Below are positions 39,201 through 51,200 of a DNA stretch of 64,000 nt, piece after piece. The notes below the pieces were generated by a model. The model saw only the letters and a program-made list of their open reading frames with translations, was not told the origin of the DNA and made no database searches. The DNA is from Callorhinchus milii (Eukaryota): contig NW_024704742.1 in NCBI RefSeq assembly GCF_018977255.1, positions 93,622,001 to 93,686,000 of the forward strand, given 5' to 3'. The translations under genes were made by a program, and so were the position numbers. How positions within the stretch are numbered: the stretch's first letter is position 1; every line of letters starts with the position of its first letter.

Positions 39201-42200
39201 ATCTCTGTTGATATTTCAATGTCATCAGATTCATCACTGACGCTGTCTTCAACTATGATTTGCAGAGTGTCACTTGAGTGTTTCCCCTTTGCCAACATGG
39301 ATTGTTGGTCTAGAACACCTGCTTTAGCCCTGGAAAATCCTGAGTGTTTACAGGGCAACAAAGTGTTGTTTTTACTGGAAATGCTGGTGAATTTTTCATT
39401 ATCTGAAATTCCTGACTGTCCAGCACCTTGGGACGTCCTTCCGACTTGAAAGGCGCTATACAAATGTAATTTTGTATTGTATTGTATTGTATCATCTGAA
39501 CTTTCTAAATCTTCTGACAGGAAATCACGCCCAGTTTTCTTCTTGGCAAGTGTTTTTTTCTTTTGTTCAGCCGCCTGTGAAGGGAGGATGACATCATCAC
39601 TCTCTTCTGTGTTGCTGTCAGTTCCCAAGGCAACTGCAGCGTTCCCCGAAGTACCGGGATGCTCATGTTCACTTCTTAAATCTGCCTCGGAATCACTGGA
39701 ATCGCTCCAGTTTTGGCAAACCTTTTCTTTCGCACACAGTGTGTGTCCATGAGCAGCTGACTGGGGCTCTGAAGTTGTGGTATAGTTGAGTCTGTGATCT
39801 GCCTTTGCAAGTGGGGCACCTATAACATTGCTTGAAGTTTCTTCTTCACACTGGCTGTCAGATGATTCATTGTCTGAGCTGGAGTCATTTTCGCTGCATT
39901 CCTCTCTAGTATCTATTTTTCCCTCCAGGAGCTTGGAAAACCCACACTGGAGTAACGTGAGCTGTCCTCTCATATCTGCACTGTTGCTGGTTTCTTTGGT
40001 CCTACCTTTATCATTCTTTGATTTTGTAACAAGTGAAGGTTCAGTCTCACTGTCACTGCTGAAGTCAAATAACTGCGCTGGTTGTCCAATAGCAGATGTG
40101 TTTTCCTTTTCAAATTCTACTATTAATTCTCCATTATCTTCTTCCACATCATTTCTTGTATCCATGGTCTAAATAAAAAGTAAAAATAAAAATTCACTTA
40201 CACTGAAAATTCAACCCAGTGACACATTCAAGTCAGTTTACCAAAGTATGTACTCTGATTAAAACACATTAAAATAACCTTACACCTATTTTAATATTGC
40301 TCTAGTTTTTTTTAAAAAAAGCATGGAGTTAATCTATCTCAGCAATGTCCGCTGAACAACAATGCGATGAAAAACTAGTTGAGCCGTATTATCATGCAGT
40401 GGTTGGGATCGTTGTAACCAGGGCTATAACCAGGCATGATAGCTGTTTTCACTGTGCATGTGTAGAGCAGGCCGGTGCTCTTCCTGAGCTAAAAAATGGC
40501 CGACTTCTGGGTCATAAGATCGAGACTGAAGTCATTTCCGCTGTGCATGCATTAAGCAAGAAATTATGTCACCAGTGATCACATGCCCCAGAAGTTAGCC
40601 TTTTTTATTGTGGAAAGCTAAATTTCTGAGTGATCAGATCACCACTGAGGTCACTTCCTGTGGCTTGCCTGTGATGGCAACCCAATGGCTTGTAAATTAG
40701 ACATTTTATTACGAGAGCCAGTTTGTGAACTTAATATTAACTCTAGCTTAAGCTCTCAGTGTGAAGCTTTCTGTGACATTCTCCTAATTGAAACACACTA
40801 TTATTGTTATAAAAAGAAAGTTATAACAGGCCTGCACTATAATTAATTGAGATTTAGTGAATTTGAAGAAAAGGCAAGTAAGTAAAAGGGATTGCTCTTT
40901 CAAAGAGGTAGCACAGACCTGCTGGCCTGATTGTGCTGTAAATTTCTATGCTCCTAAATAGAATTCAAAATATCTTTTTTTTTAAAGTACAGAATCTTCA
41001 AGAACTTCATAATGATAATTACTCATGTTGTAGAACTCTACACACCAGCAGACATTTCCAGTTTATAGATAAACAACACCAGTCAGTCGTTATCTGGGTG
41101 TTCCCAGAATTGCTGTGCACACATCACCAATTGTCAAAAAGAGTTTGCAATCAAAGGCTTCCTTGGTGTCCAAAACTAGAACACAGAAATTCATAGGGTC
41201 ATGGATTGTCAAATCAGGGATTGTGTGAGAAAGTACCACTGTTCAGAAAGTAGTGAAGAGTCACAGGGGTTGTTAATATTCCCCGTCCCTCCATGGTTTC
41301 CAGGTGCAGCAACTCATGGCTGCTTGAGAAGAAGGCAAACTCACCGTTTCCAGCTTCGGCGCTGGAGGTTCTTCTCTCAATTGTGTAGCAGCTGTCATCA
41401 TTCCTGCTTCCACTTGGCCTTCCCTCTGCAACACAAGGTAGATTAGATCACTAATTAATGTAATAAACTGAACAAACCAGGTAGAAAGGTTCAGCAAGTG
41501 ATTATTCAGCACATACACCATTTGTTAATAGTCTGTCAAGCTACTCCTATTTTAATTTTGAAGTATAGACTGGCTTTTGCAACTATGCAAGATTTTATTT
41601 AGATTTTTTTGAAACCATGCTAATAGTTTAAAAAAATGTTTAGTGCAAAATTTTGATTACAGAAAATCATCGAAGGAACTTCGAGAAACGAAGAACATTT
41701 CTTAAAGAAGTGCTCTAAAAAATCACCTTGGGCAAAAATTAAGACTATGATCACAGATTTCAATAACTACTTATAATGATGGAAAGAAAATAAAAGACAT
41801 TTCTTTAGGCAAATATCTGCCCATTACCTAGTTATTTTACAAAGGGCAAAAGGACAAATCTCAAATGGTCCAAAATGGCACAACTTTGCGGTCTTCCTCA
41901 ATAAATATAAACTACTATATTTTGGGTTATAAACCAGAGCTCATTCAAAATACTTAAATAAAATATATTACTCAGAGTACAATGGAAGTTCACTTTCTGG
42001 CCACTTCAGTAATGAGAGCAACTCAATATTCAGGCCCAGTTTTCATTCAAAACTGATGGCGACTTAAACCCCAAACTCACTGATAAGGGCAAATTAGACC
42101 ATTTTATTGACTCACTTAGTAGTGCCCTTATTAATTTCCACTGTACAATAATGTAACTATCGTGTATTATCATTACGAGTAAGTCTGGACCTCTGCAGAA

Positions 42201-45200
42201 AACTATAACCACATATATGAGCTTCAAAATGTGAGAAGCAAGTTGATTGGAATTTTCAATGCAATGTTTTCACCACACAAGTCAAATAAACAAACCTGTA
42301 GTGGGTGTGTGTGTGTGGGGGGGGGGGGGGGGGGAGGGGATGGTGGGGGTGGAAGAAGTCACATGAATTTAGAAAATAATAAAATATCAAAGTATTTGAT
42401 TTCTATCAAAATTCTATCATGACTGTTCCAAAATAGAGTTTGTGGTTTTCCTCACCTTCATAATATCCCGTGTCAAGCAGGCACCCCCCGTCCGAAACCT
42501 GAAAAGATTGTGGATGCCAAACAGCTCACCAGGGTGCTCTTTTGATCCTTGGACTGCACTGAAGTATCGCTTTGCATTTTCACTTCCGACAACCGCACAG
42601 TGCAGTTGCTAAAGCATTGAGTAAAAAATAAATTTTAAACTTCAAAATCCCACAATATACATTTCCTAATATTTAAAAAAGATAGACAGTTTTAATCGAT
42701 ACAAGCAGTAATTCCCAGGGGTTTTGAGTTTTTCAAGCGTACAGTTGCAAAATGTCATCAGGACACTTCTCATTTAATTCACTAAGAGAAAACACGCAAT
42801 GTGCCTCGAATCTTAATGTTATGACATTTAAACCCTAATATCCCCAGAGGAGGCAGATCATTCCCTCTCCTAAAATCACTTGTGACAATTTGATAAGAGG
42901 CACATCTTTACACTTTCATTGAAGGATTATTATTTATCAGTTTGTGAAACTTGCTGGTTCTGATACTTTTTCTTTATAAATACCAGAGCTGCTCACATGG
43001 CACGATCTTGATTATTCATCGTTATTACTAACAACAAAAAATATTTACCTACCAATCCACTCGTTCCCACTGCTCGGCAGGCACTAGCCTGCATCACGTC
43101 ACACACCCTACCCAGCCCACTGGCAAACTGGCTGCCGCATTCGCTCACAAACAAACAGTAACTCCACTTCATAGTAACTCCCATGAAGCGCTTTGGGACA
43201 TCTTCCCAACATGAAAGATGCTTTACCAAACTCAAGGATTATTATTATACGTGTATTAAATCACAACCATCTCAATTCAGCTATCGAAGGAATTGCAATT
43301 CAACTTTGGAACGTAAAGTGCATATCCTGCAAGGAACCCCATGTGTAGATCATGCGATTGTAAGAACTTAACTCCAACCAACAACAACAAAATTACATTT
43401 GTGTAGCACCTTTCACATTGGGAGGACATCTCAAGACGCTTCATGGGATTTACTGTGAATGGAGTTACTTGGGACCACCTTGGAGCGGAGTTCAGAGTCA
43501 GTATAAAACACATGGAATTGCACTGGGGATTTCCCTGTCAGCCACATTTTTTTTGCCCCAACATTTAAGTGGAGAACTCTAAAGCATGAATGTGCCAGAA
43601 ACTACAGAAAATCAGCAACTTTAATTCATAACAATTCTTCCAATACAGCTTCAGCAAACCTATGGGATGTCAAGAGTTCATTTCAGCAGACATTCTTTGA
43701 GAATTACATTCACCCTTCAAAAAGATTATTTTGGAAACAAAAATATAAAGTATCACCTAGATTAAAAGCAAACAATATCACTGTACAGTAGTTACTCACT
43801 TGTTTATAGACCTGACGTAGGTACATAATCTCTTCCACAGTACCCAATGAGATTAAACGAAATACTTTGACATCTCTGCACTGACCAATCCGATAAACTC
43901 TGTAGCGATACAAAAAAAGAATTTGTTGGAAGTTATAACAGAATGTTAATAGCAACAACAACAAAATTACATTTGTATAGCACCTTTCACATTGGGAGGC
44001 TGTCCCAAGGCGCTGGACAGTCAGTGTTTTGGACCCGAGCTGGGGGTCGTGATTGGCGAAGGTGGGGGGGAAGGAAGGTGATCAAAAGCACGGTTGAAGA
44101 GGAGGATCTTGAGATGGGTCTTGAAGGAGACAAGGGAGGGGGCAAGGGTGGAGGGACTGCGAGATGGCAGAAGGCCCACCCACGAATGGTGGGGCGGGCG
44201 AGGTGCGAGATGTGAAGCAGCCCACTGAGCGGAGGGAGCAGGCAGGTTGATAGGGGGTTAGGAGATTGCTGAGGTAGAGGGGAGTGAGGCCACGGAGAGC
44301 TTTGAAGGTGAGGACCAGAATCATGAACTGTATCCTCTGCAATCACATTGGAATAGCATAGCTCCAGATTAATAATAGCAAATGAGGTTTGTTAATATAA
44401 ATGTGTGTGTATGTGTGCATGCTGATGTGTCAGCGTTTAATAATCAATATTGCCTCAATGTCTAATTCATTGAAGCTTAGAGATAAACAGCAATTGGAAC
44501 TTTATAAAAATAGATGTAGAAACAGGATAATACACAATGTAAGAGGAAATAGCAAACATGCACAAGATAAAGGATGTGAATTGCAAAAGTACAAAAAGGA
44601 AAAGGATTTGGATGTGATTATTGATCATTTTTAAAGCATTTGCAGTGAAATTGTTAACTAAGTGAAAAGAATATTAGGATCTGTAATTTTATTTACAAGT
44701 CAAATCAGTGATTTTTAAGTTGGTGTAGATCACTTGCGAACCTACATCGGGAATATTATGTTCCATTCCGAAGGTACTTCTAAACTATTAATGCAATGGA
44801 GAGAAAGGTAATGAAGATGATTCTGAGATTTGCTATAATGAGAAACTCAGAGAACCTGAACTTTTTTTTGGAAAAAACATCAAGAAATAGGGTCTAGCTC
44901 TTTAAAATCCCCGAGAGCCATGAATAAAGCAGATGCAAGCAGTCTGTTTAAACTTGAATACAAGCACAGAACTACGGAATGTTTAACAAGCCTCAAGTGA
45001 GACTAGAGCTTTGAAAAAATGCTTTCCTCACAGAGCAGTGGATATGCTGTATAGATCATTGTTTTAAAAAAGGTTTGGATAAATACCTGATTAGGAATGG
45101 GATTGAAAGTTAGAAGGTAAGTATAGTAAGAGATGATCAAATATTCAATGGAACACACGGATTCCTGAGCTGCTGCTAAGGAAATGTTACCTCTGGAAAG

Positions 45201-48200
45201 CAACAGGACAGAGTTGACTCGGATATTCTGCTCGATGACTTGGGGGGGGGCAGGAGAATTTTTGCAAGATCTTTCAGATGGGTGAAGTCAAGTTTATGAA
45301 GGGGTAGATTGTACTTAGTCTGTGGAAGGAGCAGACTTTCTGGGCTACATGTTACCTATTAATTAATGAAATAAATTTTATCTAAAATTAATATTGTTGA
45401 TGTAGTGTAATTTAGTAAACGTATGTAAACTCCTGCATCAAAACTAACATTGTTTCCAATATTAATAATCATCAAAACCCTGCTGCTGCATGCTTCCTAG
45501 TGGCCACCAGCAGGCTAGTTTCGGAGAAGTATATGAATAGGTCATCTGCTCTTTTTCTTACTTGTCGGGAAGGTCGAATGGCCCAAAGAGGAAACAATAC
45601 AAGACTCCCAAAAAACAAAGAAAGCACATGCCTGTCAATAGCCTGCAAGTCATTAGCTGGATTCCATGTTGCGTCAAACATCACAACAATATTTGCTCCA
45701 ACGAAATTCAACCCCAAGCCACCAGCCCTGCAACGAAAAATACATTGTAAAATGCAAAACTGGCCATTTATAGACAATTAGAACTAGAAATGTAAAGACA
45801 TTAAATAATAAAAACATATCTAAAATTCTACTCCTTACATTGTGGACACCAAGCAAATGTTAATATCTTGTGTGCTGTTGAATTCCTTCACTATCCTGAC
45901 CCTTTCCTCGCTCTTAGTTCCTCCATCAAGTCGACGATAATCCAACCCAGCTGCCATGCAGTATTTCTCCAACACATCCAGAAGCTGATGGAAAACAATA
46001 CATTTTTATAAATAAGTGAAGGCAGTTCAGACAAAATTGCACATGATCATTTCCTGTATAGGCACCTAAGGAAGCATCTTTTCAACTGATTACTTTTTCT
46101 GGAGGGGAAAAAAAAATGTTTGCCAACTCTCCTTTAAACTTTTTATCTCAGCTTTCTTCCAGTTCTACAACATCCCCTGTCTCTGCCTCATTCCCAATGC
46201 AGCTGAAACACTCATCGATGTATTTATCACCCCCAGAGCTGACTTTTCCAATGCCTTTATCAATGGATTAAATGCTATGGTTTCTGCTTCTCTTGCTTTC
46301 CAATATAAAAGGCCAAGAATGCCATTCAAAGTTAGGACTATCACATAAAGCAAGTTAAATGTCCAAATAAAATGTTTAATAGAACTATTAGTTGTATAAT
46401 TTATTTTTCTCTTTTCCTGTTTTAAGTGCCTGGTTTTCATTTGAACGCTACCAAAGTGGCTTGACTGAAATTCACCAATCAGTACAGTATGATGCTGGAT
46501 CCCTGACAGTGGCTCTCACTGAGGCATTGTTTGAGATTGTGACCTTGACAAATGGTTAGTGAGTAGCAGCACTACACCACAGCTATAACTGTACTATCAG
46601 TTATCTTCTTATTGTCACATTTTCTCTGTGGCAGTAAAAGATTTCTGGGAGATTAATCTTCATTTACTTGGATTCTTCAGAGAGCCTTTAGATCCCCTTG
46701 GCTGCTGAACTATTTTATCACAAATCATAATTTTGCTGAAACACATCCAACATAATATTATAAATCATATTGTAATAAATAGACACCACCTAATGTTTTG
46801 AGCCAACTGTACAATAAAAAAAATACATTGTACTGCTTTTGTTTTCAAATGAAAATTATGTAGGACCACAATATGTTTTGGCATGATTAAGACATTTGTA
46901 ATGTTTTCCATTTAGAAATAATCAGTGTAAATTACACAAAATTTGCATTAAAACACAAGAAATACCCACATTACTATACAACCAGGTCTTAACCATGGCA
47001 TAATTCCTCCTTTTTAGTGTAGATAGAAATGCCTATTAAATATGCACTCATTGTCCCTTTCTACAGTGTATTCTAAGTATGCCTTTAAAATATGGCTCAC
47101 ATGGTTATATGACCAAGTGACCAGCACCAGGACAGATGTGTAGGTGAATGACTATACAACCAGGTCTTAACCATGGCATAATTCCTCCTTTTTAGTGTAG
47201 ATAGAAATGCCTATTAAATATGCACTCATTGTCCCTTTCTACAGTGTATTCTAAGTATGCCTTTAAAATATGGCTCACATGGTTATATGACCAAGTGACC
47301 AGCACCAGGACAGATGTGTAGGTGAATGACAACAATAACAACTTGCATTTATACAGCGCCCTTCACGTGGGGTAGCATCCCGGGACGCTTCACAGTGACG
47401 GAGTCTGACAACGAGCCAAGTGAAGAGGGAGGGGGGGAGGTGACCTTAGGCATGATCAAAAGGGAATTTCTTTAGGTGGGATTTCAATGTGGGGAGGGAA
47501 GGGGCAAGGTGGAGAGATTGAGTTGCAGTTTCAAGGTGTAGTGGCTGAAGTCATGGCCACTGATGGTGGAGCGGAGGAGGTGATGGACAATTAGGAAGCC
47601 AGAGCCAGGCAAGCAGAGGCAGTGGGTGGTGGAGTTGGGGGTAAGCAGGTCGGATAGGTAGGGAGGTGCGAGGGAATTAAGTGATTTGAAAACAAGTGAG
47701 AGGATCTTAAAGTCGATCCGTTCGGTGATTGGGAGCCAGTGGAGCCTCGCAAGGACTGGTGTGATGGGGGTACAGAGCCTTCAGCTCCCCTCTCGACTCT
47801 CTACCCCCTCCTCGCTCCCTCCCTTCCCTCCCCTCACCCTGACCATTTCCCCCCTGCTCAGGTCCTGACCCAACTGTACAGCGCCTTGGGACGTCCTCCT
47901 GACGTGAAAGGCGCTCTATAAATGGAATCTTGTTGTTGTTGTTGTTTTGTGTGGGTGAGTATCTGGGTGGTGGAATTTTGATGTAACTGGGTTCTGTATA
48001 TGGTGGAGCTGGAGAGAGCTGGAGTAAGGGGATTCTCCCAGGAGCAGACTTGATGGGCATCTTATTTATTTATCCACAGTATGTACTGCATATGTAGTCC
48101 TTGATCTTCATGTGGGTCGGCTGCCCACCTGAGGGAAAACCAGAGATGGAGCAGAGATGAAGTATAATTAAGCTTCAGCTAGCCAGACTAATGGATGTGT

Positions 48201-51200
48201 GTGTGGGGGGAGATCTGGTCCAGCAAGCATCATAATGCCAGTACCCAGTATTTTTCAAGAATGCTGAAAAAATGCTGCTACATGCCGGTACCAGCACTGT
48301 AATTGTTTGAATCCCACGAACAGAAGATAGCGAATAAGCTATTTTCTGCTGGTAGGATTCAAACTCAGTCAAAGTTGTTATCGCTGGCCACCATGAAGGC
48401 CGCAAGAACAGTGAGCCTGCCCAGCGTTGCACTGGTGAGCGCTCGGAGTCAGGAGTCTGTGGGCCCATGGAAATTTCTTGTCCAAGGACTAGTTTGTTTA
48501 ATATCTAGGTTTTGGGCCCATTCCAGCTAGGTTTGAATTCCGGATACTGGTAAGCCGAGGATCTACTGTACAGGTATTCTGTGAACTACAGCGCACAGAA
48601 AGCAGCACGTGTGCTGTAAACCAATTCATACCAATATTTGTACTAAAAAGAATTCAATGTCTGGGTGTCCAGATAACTTTGTAATCGTTACCAGTGGACA
48701 TTTGATGCAATGGAAATAAGACTACCAAAATGAATAAAATAAATTAAAAGAAAAATAATCCATTTCCTTTTCCTTAACATCTGGTGCTATACTGTATTTG
48801 AATAACTGTCCAATTAGGAAAAGACGAAAGGCAAAGCAAACCTGCTCTTAGTTGGGATTTGATCAATGTTTACTTTAAAATAAGTTACATGTGTTATTTG
48901 GAAATGTTTGCAGTATAATCACTACTATTGTGATTCTACCACCAATACTCTTACATATACAATATAAAATACACAAACCTACACACACACATAATTAATG
49001 AGACCCATGAGAGATGCCACTTCACTTGACCACAGGTTCAATGGGCTGAATGTTTTGCTCATGACACAGAATAATGTTTAATCAGTTACATGTAAGTAAT
49101 TTCAGCTGGATTAATTGATCAGCCAGATGCCCAACAGACATAGAAGCCCAGCCCCATCAACCACGCTTCCGGTATCAACTTGACTCAACTCTCACCTGTT
49201 AGAAATGCTATGAATTCAAGTTCTATGTTGGTACTTTGAGCTCATAGTCTAAGATGACACTCCAGGGCAATTCTGGAGGTGCATGGGTATCCTGGCCAAC
49301 AATCCTATGTTTGTGGGACACTGCTGTGTGCAATGGGCTAGCCTAGCCCATCATGGATCGCCTGAATGGCCCATTTTTGTGCCATTTGATTCTAACCAAG
49401 TGAGATAGGCTGATGTTTTGTACCCACATTGAACACAATGTCTGACAAGCTTCTCACTGCTTGTCCAGCTAAGATCACCCTCCCAGTTAGGGATTTGGCT
49501 TATAAAGTTAACAGGAGCTGAGTGGGACGAATCCTTGCTCCCAGTGACTGATCTGCAACTCCAAGATGTGCTTTCAGCCAAACTAAATGATCTGTCAGCA
49601 ACAGGGACTTGGAGCTCAGGAATTAGACTTCTGAGAACCATCACTGAGGATTGACTTCATTCATATATTCCGGTTCAGCTCCAATGAGATCCTGCTTAAC
49701 TCTCTCCCACCCACAAGATGGTCCTGCCTTTATTAGTTGTTTTTGCAAACATATTTTAAAATAAGCATAATTCTAAGCAGATTGTAGCCTTATGAGCAAT
49801 GAATGTAATTCAATTAGCTTGAAGCTATTTATATTCAGCTCCTTCAGAGATAGGCTACTGTAAAGAAAAATAGCATTTTATAACACCTCATCATGCTGAA
49901 ATGTCTCAAAAGTACTTCACACTTAATTATAGTCAGGTTTCAACTACTATTTTGCCCACAAAATGTACAGCCAATTCACTTTACAGCATATTCGGTGAAG
50001 CCCTTTGAGACATCTCGAAGACGTGATAAAGCACTATATTAAATGCAAGGAATAGTATTATTACAACAAGATTACATCTGTATAGTGCCTTTCACGTCGG
50101 GAGGACGTCCCAAGGCGATGGACAGTATACAGCATTTCAGACCCGAGCTGGGGTCGGGGGGAAGAAGGGAGTGGAGGGGAAGGGGGTGGCCGATGGTCGA
50201 AGAGGAGGGTCTCGAGGTGGGACTTGAAGGAGGCTAAGGAGCGGGCGAGGCAGAGTGATTGGGGGATGAAATTCCAGAGGTTGGGGGCAGAGTGGCTGAA
50301 GGCTCTCCCGCCAATGGTGGGGCGCGTGGGTTGCGGAAAGTGGAGCAGGCTGGAGCCGGCTGAGAGGAGGGAGCGGCTGAGTTGGTAGAGGTTCAGGAGG
50401 TCGCAGAGGTAGGGTGGGGCGAGGCCATGGAGGGCTTTGTAGGTGAAGACCAGGATCTTGAACTGGATCCTCTGAAGGATAGGGAGCCAATGGAGTCAGG
50501 CAAGAATGGGGGAGATGGAGTCACGGAGTTTGGTGCGGGAGAGGACATGGGCTGCAGAGTTCTGGATTATCTGCATATATATTATGTATAACATTAGGTA
50601 TTAAGGTATTAAGAGGATGATAATAGGTTAGTCTTATTTAATGTTGCCATTTTGATAATAGTGACTGGTTACCTCGACAAACATGACAACCATTTGCACC
50701 AGCAAGGACCCATAAACAGCCCTGAGGTGAATAATTAATCTGGAGGATTATGCCGAGAGAAACTCCCTTCGTGTTTTGAACAGTGTCATAGCAACATTAA
50801 TGTTCACTTGAATAAGTAGACGGGACGTTTGTTTAATATGTCTCATAATGCAGCACTACCGGGTTTCTGCACAGAAGTGTCACCTCAGGTTCTGAATTGA
50901 AATCTGTAATGTGGGACTTGAACTCAAACATGTTATAATAATAATAATAAAAAATGTTGACTATGCCATTGTAGCCGAAAGCAGTATCTAATTTGTACAC
51001 AAAAATGTCCCACAAACAGCCATGAAATTAATGAACAATTTTATCTGGAGGATTGTTGGCCACAACATTAGGAAAATCTCCCTTCTCTTTGCGAACAATG
51101 GCATGGGATCTTTAACCTCCACCTGTTCAAGTTGATGGGACCTCAGTTTAACATCACAACCGTCATGTTTATTTGAATGTCTTGTGTGCAGCCTTGTTCC

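Noticed and set aside
38746..40172. Overlapping and antisense ORFs (38746-39252, 39219-39449, 39477-39752, 39828-40172; likewise 26256-26663)
   Set aside because: They are shadow frames of real ERCC6L2 exons.
41273..41344. Read-through of the 41345 donor ([10 protein letters not shown]...EY stop) as a short-isoform end; likewise [12 protein letters not shown] stop after 42456
   Set aside because: Both donors are strong canonical sites and there is no transcript evidence. Short ERCC6L2 isoforms exist in mammals but cannot be inferred here.
48541..48571. Tigger-like TIR (minus strand TACAGTAGATCCTCGG)
   Set aside because: I could not find a convincing partner TIR, so no element can be delimited.
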